Part shown: positions 10,301 through 22,055 of the stretch, piece by piece
Numbering within the stretch: position 1 is the stretch's first letter
Layout: each line of letters opens with the position of its first letter
NCBI GenBank assembly: GCA_043820105.1
Contig: JBDREC010000088.1
Location: forward strand, 1-64,000
Source: Pseudomonadota bacterium
Lineage (GTDB): Bacteria > Bdellovibrionota_F > JAHFAK01 > JBDREC01
Direction of reading: 5' to 3'
Length of the DNA: 64,000 nt
Translations under genes and position numbers: made by a program
The notes under the pieces: model-generated
Database searches by the model: none
Told to the model about the DNA's origin: nothing
The model's input: only the letters and a program-made list of their open reading frames with translations

Positions 10301-13243
10301 ATATTTAATTATGCTAAGATTAAATTTCTTTTAAATAAATACGAAGAGGCTTTGGGCATTTATAATGCATTTTATGATAGATTGGAAAACAAGCCTGTTC
10401 AGGCAAAAGTATTGAAATTCATCGCTCAAATAAAAACAAAACAAGGCAATTATGAGGAGGGAATCAGGATATACGAACAAGCAATTTCTCTTTTAAGCGA
10501 TGAAAAACCAGACATGATGTCTGTAGAGATTAATTTACTTAAATTGACGGCCTTAATGAGTTTATCGCGATTCCAAGAATGTAAAGATATAATAAATAGG
10601 CTTAACGAGCTTAAAGAAATTGATATAAAATTACAGGCCAAGTTATATAACCTTGCTGGTCTTGTTAGTTATTATGAAGGCGAGCTTGAGCAAGCCAAGT
10701 CGAATCTTTTGTTAGCAATTGATTTGTCTGAGCGTTGTAATAGCATAAATGAGCAAATAGGAAGCATAAGCAACCTGGGTCTTGTTTATTTTGCACAAAA
10801 AAAATACCTAAAATCAATCAATTGCCACCAAAAAGCCTTGGAAATATGTGAAAATAATTTTATTGTTTTTATAAAAGCTCAACAATTAATAAACTTAGGA
10901 AATTGTTATTTAGAAACTGGCGGTTTGTCTAAGGCCATAGAAACATATGAAGAAGCGTATTCAATTTTTTCAAGCCTTAATTTTCCAAAGCAAAGTGAAG
11001 TGATTACTTTTAATGTTGCTTTAGTCTATTCTGAAATCGGCAGTTTTGATAAAAGCGAATTCTTTATTAACAAGTCCTTAGATTTATCTATTAAAAGAAA
11101 TAATAAACTTATGCAGGCTTATAATTATACCTTGTTAGCAAATCTTAATGCTTATAAGTATGATTATATCAAGGCCAGCAGCTATTTTAAAGAAAGCATT
11201 AAGATATTCAAAGAAATAAACGATAAAACTGGACTTGGCGAAACATATTTAAATATCGCAGATTCTAAGATCAGACTTGATGAATCAAGTGACCTTAACT
11301 ATTATATACAGGAAGCTAATAGTTTAGCCGCTAACAATCCTAACATTAGACTCTTTGCTATTTTATTAAAGGCAAGCGACCACTTAGATTCAAATAGTTT
11401 TAGCGAATGCAAGAACTTATTAGATTCCATAGAAAATACTGATATTGAGGATTATAGTTATTTTATTAAAATAAGATTCTATAAAATTTTTGCCTCTTAT
11501 TACTTTAAAATAAATAATAATGAAAAACTTAGCGTCTATAGTGATAAACTGAGAAATACACTGAGTGAATTATTGGAAAATATTCCAGCCACAAATAAAT
11601 TTAATTTTAAAAATCATTTTAAATTTATAGATGCCTTTCAATTTTTAAAAAATCTAGAGTATAACAAAAACGATGATACAAGTTCTTTTAAGCTTGAAAT
11701 GTTATATGAACTAACATCTGAGTTGTTGTTTGAAAAATCTCTGGAAAAACTGCTTGATTCAATTTTGGATAAGGCAATATTAATTTCAAATGCAAAGCGT
11801 GGATTTATTTTTTTAAAAAAGGATGAAAATGAAAACCTACAGCTTGCAAACAGCGACTACATTGTTGTTGCTGCAAGAAAAATAAATCAGGAGGAAATAG
11901 GAAAAACTTCTTTTAAACTTAGTTTATCAATACTTGAAAAAATGAAAAAGGAAAACAAGGTTTTAATTATTGATAATGCTCTGGAAACTTTTGATAAATC
12001 TTATAGCATACAGGATGCGAAATTACGCAGTATAGCTGTTTTTCCTGTTGTAGAAAAGGAATCAATTATTGGAGCGATATATTTAGATGATCCAGGCAAA
12101 GTTGATGCCTTTAAGGATATTGATGAAAAATTAATATCTACTTTATCAAAACATATTTCACTTGCGATTTCTCATGCAAGATTTTTGAATGGTTTAGAAA
12201 GTCAAAACAAGAATATCCTAAATGTAAATAAAAATTTGTCAGCCAGGCTAAATAACTTTGAGCAAAGAGAAGTACAGCTTTCAAAAATATTGGACTTTCA
12301 AAAAAACAAAGAAGAAGAAAAATATAATTATAAAAATATAATTACCAAAAGCCCTAAAATGCTGGAGATTTTCCAAACGCTGCAAAAAATACGAACTACT
12401 AATATTAATGTTTTGCTATTAGGAGCAACTGGTGTTGGAAAAGAGCTTATCGCTAGAGCCATTCACTTTAAAGGAGATAGAAAAGACAAGCCCTTTATCG
12501 CTGTTAATTGTGGAGCTTTTACAGAAAGCTTAATTGAAAGTGAATTGTTTGGTCATATTAAAGGAGCTTTTACGGGAGCTGATAACAATAAAGATGGAAT
12601 ATTTGAAGTGGCAAAGGGTGGCACCGTATTTTTAGATGAAATTGGAGAAATGTCTCTGGAGACTCAAAAAAAACTTTTAAGGGTACTGCAAAATAGGGTT
12701 ATAAAAAAAGTTGGAGATACAAAGTTTGTTGACATTGATGTAAGAATAGTTGCAGCTACAAATGTAAATTTACTAAAGAGTGTACAAAAAGGTACCTTTA
12801 GACATGACCTTTATTATAGAATAAATTCAATGGAAATTGTTATTCCGTCATTAAAAGATCGCATTGAAGACATCCCACTCCTTGTTGAACATTTCGTTAA
12901 TAAGTTTGATCCAAATAAGAAAATAGACCCAAAGCTTATTGAAGTATTTATGAATTATGATTGGCCGGGAAATGTTCGAGAACTTGAAAATGAAGTGCAT
13001 AAACTGGTTGTTTTTTCTGAAGGTGATATTCTCAAGAAATCTTTACTACAAAATAATTCTAAATTTTTTATTAATAAACAAGAAATAAAAATAAAAACTA
13101 TTGCTGAAATGGAAAAAGATCTGATTATTAAAGCTTTAAAAGAAACTTTGAATAATAAATCTAAAGCAGCCAAAACTCTTGGTATTGATAGAAGGACTTT
13201 GGATCAAAGAATTAAAAAATATCATTTAACTTTTCATTCTTGA
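7397..13243 (+). CDS. Multidomain sigma-54 activator: degenerate tyrosine-recombinase-like N-terminus, Ser/Thr kinase, STAND-type ATPase, TPR, GAF, bEBP AAA+ and Fis-HTH
   Basis: YSAHTIEQY...SAIKTFYNF (integrase SAM-like); [20 protein letters not shown] (kinase); [15 protein letters not shown] (ATPase); TPR helices; GAIYLD (GAF); [48 protein letters not shown] (HTH). Confidence 0.9.
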   Translation: MKEKLDAFFASLNKGKKKYSAHTIEQYKKKLNDLFEFCGYKDEFDLADLDAFINDLKAKNHSNSIINLYISAIKTFYNFINKRYKTENLGKKIKNEKIRKTLKLEDTDILKFLHNIKDLEDPNRGIFYLYILFGFSTSFISKLTKEDVEILECKIGIKTDKKQFEYFSLNNSEFKEVIRACLVNLCENSQNYLFETKKGTCLSKPHFKYLFNKFKKYLPLDCDSIIRLKADNLMLIKENILDGSLVKLLSKKLKINRLISKNDMTAIYVAYNIPEKMPVILKILNKDKQSKVTIDQFKHEFLNLKKVSHPLVPKAYDFEYLKEIDSYCFTMEYFDFESLSKYEKKISNKDIAFILYYMLELLEHLKKTGISHNDINPNNILFKKDSDNKLHLKLLDFGLSKASKEFSVGGTFLYMPPEMIIEKQMSPSLDLYSLGITAYYLISGKFPFSVKSFDAYLEDIRKDNYISISKYNKNISLNFEKIISKMTAFDHEKRYSSAKEALEDIENLIKIEFLNDDILNDQISLSYANFIGRNKELSILKNNFSIVYSDILKTKEIKSFLISGEKGIGKKRLINEIEVLANLNCIELIKVDISNKDFLNEIVEICHKKRKLKKEDTNIESEDVNIIKSSLLKKLAVSFCDIFKNQKTLLIVENLECLDKTGLTFFKFYLDELVKIRLSLMLLFSQNIDISRENPNIYKLKESTSIHTGFEEICLTNFCMAKSLDFISSILNRAVSPDFVDFVFSSTNGNPHYIISLLSYLRDRAFLYTKNQVVMLKKHAIDIPPNILELTSSRLERLSQIQKIILFIFTEFNKELKVDMLFSVLLETKHSLPLVDLIVHLKQLVSVNFIKIVNKKDVLYKENINENSILNLSDQLISNQIQKHISKNNLKDISLALSNTMEDYLIKDSSYKKVAARNLHKTGQNQKAFDLYIEIADDYLKNNMIDLAEDYYEKATSAKEIFEGGESCIFNYAKIKFLLNKYEEALGIYNAFYDRLENKPVQAKVLKFIAQIKTKQGNYEEGIRIYEQAISLLSDEKPDMMSVEINLLKLTALMSLSRFQECKDIINRLNELKEIDIKLQAKLYNLAGLVSYYEGELEQAKSNLLLAIDLSERCNSINEQIGSISNLGLVYFAQKKYLKSINCHQKALEICENNFIVFIKAQQLINLGNCYLETGGLSKAIETYEEAYSIFSSLNFPKQSEVITFNVALVYSEIGSFDKSEFFINKSLDLSIKRNNKLMQAYNYTLLANLNAYKYDYIKASSYFKESIKIFKEINDKTGLGETYLNIADSKIRLDESSDLNYYIQEANSLAANNPNIRLFAILLKASDHLDSNSFSECKNLLDSIENTDIEDYSYFIKIRFYKIFASYYFKINNNEKLSVYSDKLRNTLSELLENIPATNKFNFKNHFKFIDAFQFLKNLEYNKNDDTSSFKLEMLYELTSELLFEKSLEKLLDSILDKAILISNAKRGFIFLKKDENENLQLANSDYIVVAARKINQEEIGKTSFKLSLSILEKMKKENKVLIIDNALETFDKSYSIQDAKLRSIAVFPVVEKESIIGAIYLDDPGKVDAFKDIDEKLISTLSKHISLAISHARFLNGLESQNKNILNVNKNLSARLNNFEQREVQLSKILDFQKNKEEEKYNYKNIITKSPKMLEIFQTLQKIRTTNINVLLLGATGVGKELIARAIHFKGDRKDKPFIAVNCGAFTESLIESELFGHIKGAFTGADNNKDGIFEVAKGGTVFLDEIGEMSLETQKKLLRVLQNRVIKKVGDTKFVDIDVRIVAATNVNLLKSVQKGTFRHDLYYRINSMEIVIPSLKDRIEDIPLLVEHFVNKFDPNKKIDPKLIEVFMNYDWPGNVRELENEVHKLVVFSEGDILKKSLLQNNSKFFINKQEIKIKTIAEMEKDLIIKALKETLNNKSKAAKTLGIDRRTLDQRIKKYHLTFHS

Positions 13244-13331
13244 CTCATTTATAAATTATTGCTTATCTTTTAAAGCTTTTAGTGGACAAAAGAACCTTGA
13301 ATATCTTTTTAATTTTCGAAAAGGAGTAAGT

Positions 13332-14183
13332 ATGAATAGATATTTGATTTTACTTATGCAATTGATATTATTATTTTGTTTTTCTCTTATAATGCTTTCA
13401 TGCGTTAGTAGCGTTGAAAAAGATGTTGAAAGAGCAGAACAGTATTTGAATGATGGTGATATTTTTACAGACGATGATGCAGCCGCAGGTGAAACAGAAG
13501 ATGAAGATAATTCCTTTTCAGTATATGCAGAAAAAGGCAAAGAACTTCTGGATCAGTATTTTGACCAAACTACAGGAGCCTTTACTGATAAAGTTGAAGG
13601 CGTTTCTGCTGATGTTAAATTAGCTTTAATTAAGGTTTACGTTGAATGCGTTTTGGGAACACATGGAATTACCTTTGTTAATGTTTTCTCTTCATTTTTA
13701 GATCAAGGTTCAGGCAATGAGTTTTCTGTTTTTGCTTCTTTAATACCGGATGACATTGAAGATTCGGCTCAAACTGATTTTCAGCTAGCTTTTAACGCTA
13801 TAGACAATAATACCCAAGCTTCTTCTTTATATTTTAAATTCACTGATGGTGATGATTCTTCTTCTGAAAGCTCTTCAGAAGAAGAATCAACAGTTCCAAC
13901 CAAAGATACTGAAACTCTTTACCTCGAATCCTTTATTTCCTTTGCTGTAATTTCATTTGTTTCATTAGCCTATTCAAAAACAGGTACTGTTACAGCAGAG
14001 CAAGCAGCACTATTTTTTGAAGGTCTAGGTAATTGTGCTGATGCCCTGGAAGCAGCCGGTGTTGACGCGACTGTTTTGGATACTCTGAGAGAGGATTATG
14101 ATTTTGTTGATGATGGTGGAACTGAAGGTGATGCTGATACAACAGAAGCAGTTATTGAACTATTAAGTCATAATTTTGATTAA
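13332..14183 (+). CDS. Acidic hypothetical lipoprotein
   Basis: AAGGAG RBS; lipobox MLSC. Confidence 0.75.
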   Translation: MNRYLILLMQLILLFCFSLIMLSCVSSVEKDVERAEQYLNDGDIFTDDDAAAGETEDEDNSFSVYAEKGKELLDQYFDQTTGAFTDKVEGVSADVKLALIKVYVECVLGTHGITFVNVFSSFLDQGSGNEFSVFASLIPDDIEDSAQTDFQLAFNAIDNNTQASSLYFKFTDGDDSSSESSSEEESTVPTKDTETLYLESFISFAVISFVSLAYSKTGTVTAEQAALFFEGLGNCADALEAAGVDATVLDTLREDYDFVDDGGTEGDADTTEAVIELLSHNFD

Positions 14184-14235
14184 AGTAAATGGATGATTTA
14201 GTGAATTTCCTATGGAGTATAAAGGAGACCCAAAA

Positions 14236-15354
14236 ATGAAAAAAATATTATTTATAATTTTAGGCATGCTATTTCTATCAACAGTAATATTTGCCTTTCC
14301 TCAATCACCCAATACATATAGAGGCTTAAGACCTCTTGGCATGGGAAATGCTTTTATTGCTGTTGCTGATGATCAAAATGCTCTTTCTTATAATGTCGCT
14401 GGCTTGAATGATGTTGAAAAATGGAGAGTTGAAATTTTAAATCCAACTTTTGAAGTTTCACTCACAGTTTATGATATTATAAAAGAGGTTTTAGAAATTG
14501 TGGATGAAATGGATTCAAGTTCTTCAAGTACAGATCAATCTGAGATAATTGAAGATGTAGTTGATGCAAACCTCGGTCGCTTGACAACGCTTAGAGCAGC
14601 AATCTCACCATCTTTTACCATGAAAAACTTTGGAATAAGATTTCTTGGTGATGCCCGTGGCAGGTTTCATATTAGAAATTCTGTTTTCCCCAATGTTTAT
14701 TATACTGGTAAAGCTGATGTTGGCATGATGCTTGGCGGAGCATATGGCCTTTGGGATAAGGCTCTGCAGTTTGGATTAGGGCTTAAGCCAATGTACAGGC
14801 TATCAACAGGTGAAGTTGTTTTGGGCGCACATAACTTGTCCACTTTAGAAGATGAAGTTACAGATTTTCACACAGGTTTTGGAGTTGGAGTTGATGTTGG
14901 TTTAAAATCTCATCTTGATGCTGTTGCAACAAAGGCAGACTTATCTCCAAAAGTTTTAAGGGTTATGAATTTTTTAAGACCAATGGTAGGCTTAACCTAT
15001 CAAGATATTGCTAACACAAGATTTCAAGATGCTGACTCAAACAAGCAAACAATTGGTTTGGGCACAGCTGTCCACATGGATTGGAAAGTTATAAAAAATA
15101 CTTTTGCAATTGATTTTAGAGATTTAACCTGGTCTTCTCCTTTTATTTCAAAATTATGCATTGGTTGGGAAACCTGGTTTGACAAATATTTTGCATTAAG
15201 ATTTGGTGTCCACCAAGGAAGACCATCTGGTGGTTTAACTTTAGATTTATGGCTCTTTAAGCTTGAGGGCGCGATTTATGCAGAAGAAATCGGCGAATAT
15301 AACAGAGTTAAGGGCGACTACAGAGGCGCTCTACAGTTAGTTCTAGGATTCTAG
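14236..15354 (+). CDS. Outer-membrane beta-barrel (TraF/FadL-like N-terminal motif)
   Basis: Signal peptide; RPLGMGNAFIAVADDQNALSYNVAGL; C-terminal LQLVLGF. Confidence 0.75.
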   Translation: MKKILFIILGMLFLSTVIFAFPQSPNTYRGLRPLGMGNAFIAVADDQNALSYNVAGLNDVEKWRVEILNPTFEVSLTVYDIIKEVLEIVDEMDSSSSSTDQSEIIEDVVDANLGRLTTLRAAISPSFTMKNFGIRFLGDARGRFHIRNSVFPNVYYTGKADVGMMLGGAYGLWDKALQFGLGLKPMYRLSTGEVVLGAHNLSTLEDEVTDFHTGFGVGVDVGLKSHLDAVATKADLSPKVLRVMNFLRPMVGLTYQDIANTRFQDADSNKQTIGLGTAVHMDWKVIKNTFAIDFRDLTWSSPFISKLCIGWETWFDKYFALRFGVHQGRPSGGLTLDLWLFKLEGAIYAEEIGEYNRVKGDYRGALQLVLGF

Positions 15355-15410
15355 AAATTCCTATCTAAAACCCACCCTTGCCTGTTTTTAGAACATAAGG
15401 ATATTGTTAA

Positions 15411-16868
15411 TTAGAATCGAATTGTTGCATTCCACTGAATAGTCCAAGCTTGCTCAGCTGTGTTTGTATCACCAGCAATTGGATAGAGGAAGTTTTGTTG
15501 CTCGTCAAAGATTCCTCCAGGGATGAAATGACCCCATAGCAAACCATAGCTGAGGTTTTCGTTTTGATCTATATTAAAGTAAATATCATATTCTATTCCA
15601 TACCACTTAGAGCTGGCATAACCTAAATTTGTTACATCATCAGGATCGTAACCTATAAAAGGGGATCTGTATGGAAGAGCTGAAATAATATTTATTCCAG
15701 GGCGCAAATATTTACCAAATTTAAAATCTGTAAAAGCTCTAAAATAAAAGGCATTAGAAACAGAAGAACCACTTCTGCCTGCGGACAATACATTTTCATT
15801 ATCTTCATCACTACCATCGGCTTGTGCGCCACCTGGAAGGGATTCTTCAAATAAAATATGTGAAATATTATAATCTCTATTAAAGGGCAAGGTTCCTAAT
15901 ACCGTTGTATTTGATGGACCACTTTCTGTTCCACTTGCACAACCATGTTCAAATCCAATATTTAAGTATTTAAACAAACCTTCAAATCTTAAAGCATAGT
16001 TATAAATATCAATATCTCTCTGACCAAGGCTGCCTTGAGCTGAAAGAAATTCTGAGCTGAACTTGAACCAATCTTTTTTATAAACAGCATAAACATCGTA
16101 AATCCAGCTTGATAAATCATATGCTCCACCCCATTTTTTTGAGATTCGAGCTAGCAGCTTTCTATCTTCTGAATCAAGGCCAGCCTGAATGAAGATTCTA
16201 TTAGTATCATCATCTGAGGTGTCTACTCCAACAGCCTGATACCTGTTGCTTGCTAAAGAAGCATCATCAATCTCAACCTCTTTGTCATATCCTATGGAAA
16301 ATTCATAATCCGAAAACCCGGTTTCAAAACTTATTCTATCTACCGTGTTTCCGAAATTGTCATCAAGACCATTTCCAGCATTTTCAAAAATTCCGAGACC
16401 AAAATGGCTGGGTTGACGACCAAGTTTTAAATAGCCAACAGGAAATAAAATTTCAGCCCAGGCTCTTTTTAAGTAAATAAAGGAAGAACTTTGTCCTTCC
16501 GTAAAAGCAAGTGATGTAGCTACAATGTCACTTACGGCTTCCGGTGTTTCATCAGTCGAGCTAGCTGCATAAACAGCAGGTGTTGAAGATGTAGCTAGAC
16601 TTTCTGCTGAATCACCAAAAAAGGCGTTATCCAAAACATCGATCTGGGTTTTTATCAAAATATTATCTGTAACAATTAGGGTTGGGTTGAATCTAAATCT
16701 TTGATCAATATAAGATCTGTAGTTTGCATACATCCCATCATTAAGGTCTAGTTGTCTGAAAGTGTCGCCTCTAACTCGAAAGTAGCCCTCTAAATCTAGG
16801 TCAACAGCACTCAAAAAACAACTTAACATTATAAATAAGGCAAAAATAATTCTAAAACTTTTAGTCAT
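15411..16868 (-). CDS. Outer-membrane porin-like beta-barrel
   Basis: Likely start MTKSFR at 16868; LEGYFRVR, IDQRFR, LKLGRQPSHFGLG; C-terminal WNATIRF. Confidence 0.8.
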   Translation of the reverse strand: MTKSFRIIFALFIMLSCFLSAVDLDLEGYFRVRGDTFRQLDLNDGMYANYRSYIDQRFRFNPTLIVTDNILIKTQIDVLDNAFFGDSAESLATSSTPAVYAASSTDETPEAVSDIVATSLAFTEGQSSSFIYLKRAWAEILFPVGYLKLGRQPSHFGLGIFENAGNGLDDNFGNTVDRISFETGFSDYEFSIGYDKEVEIDDASLASNRYQAVGVDTSDDDTNRIFIQAGLDSEDRKLLARISKKWGGAYDLSSWIYDVYAVYKKDWFKFSSEFLSAQGSLGQRDIDIYNYALRFEGLFKYLNIGFEHGCASGTESGPSNTTVLGTLPFNRDYNISHILFEESLPGGAQADGSDEDNENVLSAGRSGSSVSNAFYFRAFTDFKFGKYLRPGINIISALPYRSPFIGYDPDDVTNLGYASSKWYGIEYDIYFNIDQNENLSYGLLWGHFIPGGIFDEQQNFLYPIAGDTNTAEQAWTIQWNATIRF

Positions 16869-17105
16869 CAATTTTCTCCAGAAAACATAAGTGTTTATTA
16901 ATGAAGCCACATAATTAGTGATTGAAATAAAAAAAATCAATGCTAATATTTTAAAATTGTTATTTAATTTTACTTGATGTCTTTTACTTCTTAACCTTAA
17001 TCCAAACTTCCCAAAAGCTATTAATTCGTGGCGTTTTCGGGACATTTACGCCCTATTTCAAATAACATTAAGTTCTAAACGCCTAATATCACGTACTTTC
17101 ATTCT

Positions 17106-17120
17106 TGGCATGATTTGTGC
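17106..17120 (+). promoter_or_regulatory. sigma-54 promoter
   Basis: TGGCAT-GATTT-GTGC, 40 bp before ATG 17161. Confidence 0.65.
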
Positions 17121-17160
17121 AAATAGTAGAAATATTAATGATTTCTCGGGAGCTCCAGTT

Positions 17161-17727
17161 ATGAAAAAACTAATATTTTCATTTATCTCTATTATGATTT
17201 CCATGCCAATATTTGTTCCTGAACCAATTTTTGCAGCTGATGATGTTGAAGTTATTTGTGATGTGGAATATTTTGAAAAATCTCAGGAAAAAGACATTTC
17301 AATTGCTACAATTTCAATTTTAGATTTAGATTCATTGATCTCAGAAGCTAATGATTTGCTAAAACTCAATGAAAAATTGACTAAAGAAGAATATGGGGAA
17401 AGTGCCAATAGATTATGCCTTTTAGTCGTTAAAAGCAATTTAACCGCATATGCCCTGGATTTCAAAAAAGAAAACCCAAAGGACTTACCAATAACAAAGG
17501 ATTGCCTACATCATATGGGTCTTTCGATGTTTTATGCAAAGGTTTATGTAAAGGTAGCCAGTACCAATGCAAAATTTAGCAAAGAAAGAGAAATTATAGT
17601 TAATGGCCAATCTCCATTCCCAGATGTAGTAAACTCTTTTTGGTCAAATCAAGAATATGATAAGCGTACTTTGGGTAATTTAAAATTCTGTGAAGGAAGT
17701 ATTCCAGAGTGGGTATTTGAAAAATAA
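17161..17727 (+). CDS. Secreted hypothetical protein
   Basis: GGGAG RBS; MKKLIFSFIS...IFA signal peptide. Confidence 0.75.
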   Translation: MKKLIFSFISIMISMPIFVPEPIFAADDVEVICDVEYFEKSQEKDISIATISILDLDSLISEANDLLKLNEKLTKEEYGESANRLCLLVVKSNLTAYALDFKKENPKDLPITKDCLHHMGLSMFYAKVYVKVASTNAKFSKEREIIVNGQSPFPDVVNSFWSNQEYDKRTLGNLKFCEGSIPEWVFEK

Positions 17728-17777
17728 TACCATGCAATTTGGTTGACGAAATCATTTCCAATTTCTAGAATATCTTT

Positions 17778-18893
17778 ATGATTCATGGATTCACAAAAAT
17801 AATTGTACCTATTTTAATTGTTTTATCTGGATTTATTTGTCTTGAATTTGCTTTACCTATCTCTGTTGGTGAATTTCTCGCTGGCATGCTTGGCTCTATC
17901 TTTTTTGATTTTGAAAAAATTCCATGGCTGGAATTCTTTTCCTACCTTGGTATTCTCTGCATTATGTTTCTTGCTGGCTTTGAGATTGATACTAGAATTT
18001 TAAAAATGAATTTCAGGAAAAATCTCATTGTTGGATTTTGTTCTTTTTTTCTTCCATATATTTTAATCGTTCTTTTAGCCATAATGATTGGAATATCATA
18101 TACTCAAGCGCTTATTCTTGGCACAGCCTTGTCTACTACATCCCTGGCAATTGTTTTTACAATTCTGAGAACATCAGAGTATTTAGAAACAAAAAATGGG
18201 CAGATTCTCTTAGGCTCAGCCATGATTGTTGATATTATAAGCATGATAAACTTAACCATAATCCTGGTTGGTTTTTCTTTTTATAATCTAATTTATCTAA
18301 TAGTTTTAGCCTTGATTTTAATTTGGATAAGAAAAGTTGTTATCACAATTTTCAGAAGATACCAGGGAAATAAAGCTGAATTTGAATTAAAATTTTTCAT
18401 GTTAATATTATTATTTTTAGGACTTCTTTCAGAAGGTGCGGGTATTCACGCCGCCATCATTGCGTTTCTAACAGGGGTCATTTTTTCAAATATAGACCAA
18501 GAATATGAAGATATTATTTTAAAACTTCATACCATTGTATTTAGCTTGCTTGCCCCAATTTTCTTTTTTCATGCAGGAACACTGTTGTCAATTACTAGTA
18601 TAGATTTGCAGAGTTTATTGTGGCTTGTTTTATTTTTGTTTATTGCTGTCAGCGGCAAATATTTTGCAACATTTATGGCGATTTATTTTTTACATGGAAA
18701 AGATTTTAAACTAGCAAGATATGGTGGGGTTCTATTTAATTATAGACTGAGCTTTGGTATTGTGATTGGTGTTTATGCCTATGAAACAAATATTATTGAT
18801 ATTAATGTATTGAATATTATCTTATTGATTGTTGGAATTAGTTCAGTTTTAGCTGTTATTTTAGAGAAAAACATGAAATTTAATTTTAAATAG
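17778..18893 (+). CDS. Cation:proton antiporter (CPA2/Kef-type)
   Basis: Polytopic; MFLAGFEID, LSTTSLAIV and SAMIVDI motifs. Confidence 0.88.
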   Translation: MIHGFTKIIVPILIVLSGFICLEFALPISVGEFLAGMLGSIFFDFEKIPWLEFFSYLGILCIMFLAGFEIDTRILKMNFRKNLIVGFCSFFLPYILIVLLAIMIGISYTQALILGTALSTTSLAIVFTILRTSEYLETKNGQILLGSAMIVDIISMINLTIILVGFSFYNLIYLIVLALILIWIRKVVITIFRRYQGNKAEFELKFFMLILLFLGLLSEGAGIHAAIIAFLTGVIFSNIDQEYEDIILKLHTIVFSLLAPIFFFHAGTLLSITSIDLQSLLWLVLFLFIAVSGKYFATFMAIYFLHGKDFKLARYGGVLFNYRLSFGIVIGVYAYETNIIDINVLNIILLIVGISSVLAVILEKNMKFNFK

Positions 18894-18939
18894 CAATCAA
18901 GTCCTGCTATTAGAGATGAATCTAGTTTAAGGAAAAACA

Positions 18940-20451
18940 TTGTCTAATAAAATATCAAAAATCGGTTTTGTGCTTGGACCATTTTTTTACATGGTCATTT
19001 TATTATTTTGTGATTTGGATCCACTAAAGCTTTCTGTAACCCATACAGCAGCTGTTGCTACCCTGATGGCTGTATGGTGGATAACTGAAGCAATTCCAAT
19101 TGCAATTACAGCACTTTTACCTCTAGTTTTTTTTCCAATGCTAGGGATAATGTCTGGACAAGATGTCGCTCCAATTTATTTTAACCATATTATCTTTTTA
19201 TTTATTGGTGGTTTTATTGTAGCCCTTGCCATGCAAAAATGGGATTTGCATAAGCGCATTGCTTTAAAGATTTTAATGGTATTTGGTGTTAGACCAAAAA
19301 ATATTTTAGCAGGTTTTATGATTGCCACTGCTTTTTTGTCAATGTGGATTTCGAATACAGCAACAACAATGATGATGATTCCAATTGTCTTATCAGTTAT
19401 TTTAAAACTAGAAGAGCTATTGGGAATTGATAAAATAAATAAATATTCTATAGGAGTCTTTTTAGGGGTTGCCTATTCAGCTTCAATTGGAGGAATATCA
19501 ACGTTAGTTGGAACTCCACCAAATCTTTCTTTTTCAAGAATTTTAATAATCTGCTTTCCTGCTGCTCCTGAAATTTCCTTTGGGTCTTGGTTTGTTTTTG
19601 CACTGCCATTATCCTTGCTTTTACTTTTAATTGTTTGGATTTTCTTTGTTGTTTTATTTTGTCCAAAAACAGTTGATTTCCAGATAGATAAAGATACATT
19701 TAAGAAACAATATAAAGAACTTGGAGAAATAACTTTCGAACAAGTTATTGTTTTTTTAATATTTATTATGTTGGCTTTTTTATGGCTTTTTAGGGCTGAT
19801 ATAAAGCTTGGCTCTTTTACTATTCCTGGTTGGTCAAATATTTTTCCCAATCCTAAATTTATCACAGATGGATCAATTGCAATTTTCATGGGGATTCAAC
19901 TTTTTTTAATTCCCTCAAGAACTAAAAAAGGCGAGATGCTTATGGACTGGGAAGCTGTTTCCCGTTTACCATGGAACATTGTTTTATTGTTTGGTGGTGG
20001 ATTCGCTTTAGCAAGTGGTTTCAAAACATCAGGTTTGTCGGAATGGTTTGGAAATCAATTAATTTGGGTTTCAGCTTTTCATCCAATTTTAATTGTAATG
20101 GTAGTATGCTTGCTTATATCTTTTCTTACTGAACTAACCTCAAATACAGCTACAGCTGAAATATTTTTACCAATTTTAGCAGCTCTAGCTGTAACCATGA
20201 AAGTAAATCCTTTGTTATTAATGATTCCTGCTACCTTGTCTTGCTCATTTGCATTTATGCTGCCAGTAGCTACCCCCCCAAATGCCATTGTTTTTGGAAC
20301 AGGCAAGATTAAAATGTCAGACATGGTGAAAGCAGGGATTTGGCTTAATTTGATTGGTGTGGTTTTAATAACATTGGCGATAGTTATTTTGGGCAAATTG
20401 GTTTTTGGGATTGATATTAAAGAATTTCCAATGTGGGCGATAATGCCTTGA
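18940..20451 (+). CDS. DASS/SLC13 sodium:dicarboxylate symporter
   Basis: WWITEAIP, SMWISNTAT, GTPPN, TELTSNTAT and AFMLPVATPPNAIVFG motifs. Confidence 0.95.
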   Translation: MSNKISKIGFVLGPFFYMVILLFCDLDPLKLSVTHTAAVATLMAVWWITEAIPIAITALLPLVFFPMLGIMSGQDVAPIYFNHIIFLFIGGFIVALAMQKWDLHKRIALKILMVFGVRPKNILAGFMIATAFLSMWISNTATTMMMIPIVLSVILKLEELLGIDKINKYSIGVFLGVAYSASIGGISTLVGTPPNLSFSRILIICFPAAPEISFGSWFVFALPLSLLLLLIVWIFFVVLFCPKTVDFQIDKDTFKKQYKELGEITFEQVIVFLIFIMLAFLWLFRADIKLGSFTIPGWSNIFPNPKFITDGSIAIFMGIQLFLIPSRTKKGEMLMDWEAVSRLPWNIVLLFGGGFALASGFKTSGLSEWFGNQLIWVSAFHPILIVMVVCLLISFLTELTSNTATAEIFLPILAALAVTMKVNPLLLMIPATLSCSFAFMLPVATPPNAIVFGTGKIKMSDMVKAGIWLNLIGVVLITLAIVILGKLVFGIDIKEFPMWAIMP

Positions 20452-20465
20452 GCGTATGGCGTACA

Positions 20466-20527
20466 GCGCTCTTGTTCTCTTTAAATGCGCCTGTTCCTTT
20501 TTTTCCTAATATCTTCTGGCACCTTAT
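20466..20527 (-). repeat. Dispersed repeat family B
   Basis: Reverse complement AAGGTGCCAG...TAGGAAAAAAAGGAACAGGCGCATTTAAAGAGAACAAGAGCGC matches 38551-38613. Confidence 0.8.
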
Positions 20528-20529
20528 TA

Positions 20530-21618
20530 TTAGAAAAGATTTATGCACTTTTGATTCATGACTGGATATTTTACAGATAAAGACATTTCGAAATTTGATT
20601 CTTCTAAATTACCCTGCCTTTCTAAAACCATGCGTAAAAGCAACATTCGAATTATAGCAGGATGTGTTATTGGATCACTAGCCTCATAATAAACAACATC
20701 CATGGCATCAAACATTGCAATAAGGGCAGCTGTCCCATGAAAAGCGTACATAGCTAGCATTTGTTGAATTTCTATAGCATTTGCCTTAAAAAACTTATTT
20801 TCATTTGTTGGCTTGAATAAGGAACTTTTTTTTAATCTATCATCCAAAACAAACTCAAATTCTTTATCAAAATAATATATATCTCTTGTAGAAAAAATCA
20901 TTGTTTTTACAAGATCGCGAGCTATCTCACGAATAAATGATAAATTCTTTCCCATACACCCAAAATTTCCAATAAATATAGCTCTTAATTGCCGCTTTAT
21001 TAATGGATCTAAAACCCTATTATTTTCAATTTTAACAAGAGCTTTTTTGTATTTATCTAGGTCATTATCTACTGCCCTTGCTAACATAAACAAAAAGCCT
21101 GAATAATTATTAATATCAAGTCGTGAAAGCAGATCAAAACTATATTGCAAATAGCCATCAAAACTTATAAACTCATTTTGAAGCAAGGCAAATAGGATAT
21201 GAGAAGCAAGCCTCAATTCATGAACAGACGCATCTTTTTGAAATATTCTAGCATTTATCGCCCCATTTGCCTCTCTTAATGTTGATGAAATTTGGAGATC
21301 CTGTGCAATGGCCATTGCCTCGATCTCAAAAACCATTTTTTCAAGCTTTGAAAAATTTCTTTCAAAAAGTGGTTTTAGAGATTCAAATAAATCCCTCACT
21401 TCTTCTGCTTCAGCTTGAGAATAAAGCCCTGAAATAGACAAATATAAAACATTTGCCTCAACATCATCCACTGTTTTATGTCCATTTAATGTGACAATTT
21501 CTCTTAATATCTTAAATGTATCCAGTGAATACCCCTTTGTTTCTTCTGAAAACAGGTTTGTTGATAAAATAAAGAATGTACAAATGTAGATTAATTGATA
21601 TTTACGATTTCGTTTCAT
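20530..21618 (-). CDS. Secreted hypothetical protein ending CINLF
   Basis: Likely start MKRNRK behind GGGGA; signal peptide ending NLFS. Confidence 0.75.
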   Translation of the reverse strand: MKRNRKYQLIYICTFFILSTNLFSEETKGYSLDTFKILREIVTLNGHKTVDDVEANVLYLSISGLYSQAEAEEVRDLFESLKPLFERNFSKLEKMVFEIEAMAIAQDLQISSTLREANGAINARIFQKDASVHELRLASHILFALLQNEFISFDGYLQYSFDLLSRLDINNYSGFLFMLARAVDNDLDKYKKALVKIENNRVLDPLIKRQLRAIFIGNFGCMGKNLSFIREIARDLVKTMIFSTRDIYYFDKEFEFVLDDRLKKSSLFKPTNENKFFKANAIEIQQMLAMYAFHGTAALIAMFDAMDVVYYEASDPITHPAIIRMLLLRMVLERQGNLEESNFEMSLSVKYPVMNQKCINLF

Positions 21619-21674
21619 TACTTGTTCCCCGTAGTTTTGATTTTTGTGCCACATAACAGATTGGGCGCAGCGTG

Positions 21675-22055
21675 TCAAGAATTATCCTGCCTTTGGTCCC
21701 CTAAGTGTGGCACTGGTGAACTAGAACAATCAATCATCCCTTGCAACAACTCCATACTATTAAAATAACCATACTCCCAAAAAATAAAAAAATCACTGCT
21801 TTCATGATTTGTATCATTATAATAATCATCCAGCTCTTCTTTGCTTGGAACTATAAATTCCCGAGCAATAAGATAGCACTCCTGCCAAGAGCTTGCTTCA
21901 AAATTATACCTAAAATAAGGCTCAAGAGTCTGAACATAAATAGATCGCTTAATGTCAAATCGCTTAAAACTACATTCTCCAGGTGTATCTTTTGCAAAAG
22001 AATTAAAAGGAATAGATAAAATAATAATACATAAAGAAATGAAAAATAACTTCAT
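21675..22055 (-). CDS. Small secreted hypothetical protein
   Basis: GGAGG RBS; signal peptide ending NSFA. Confidence 0.75.
   Translation of the reverse strand: MKLFFISLCIIILSIPFNSFAKDTPGECSFKRFDIKRSIYVQTLEPYFRYNFEASSWQECYLIAREFIVPSKEELDDYYNDTNHESSDFFIFWEYGYFNSMELLQGMIDCSSSPVPHLGDQRQDNS

Noticed and set aside
14236-15354. Conjugative element based on the TraF-like barrel
   Set aside because: No relaxase, coupling protein or T4SS genes; the motif is shared by many outer-membrane barrels.
21637-21651. sigma-54 promoter for 20530-21618
   Set aside because: TGGCAC is present but there is no GC at -12, and it is very close to the start codon.
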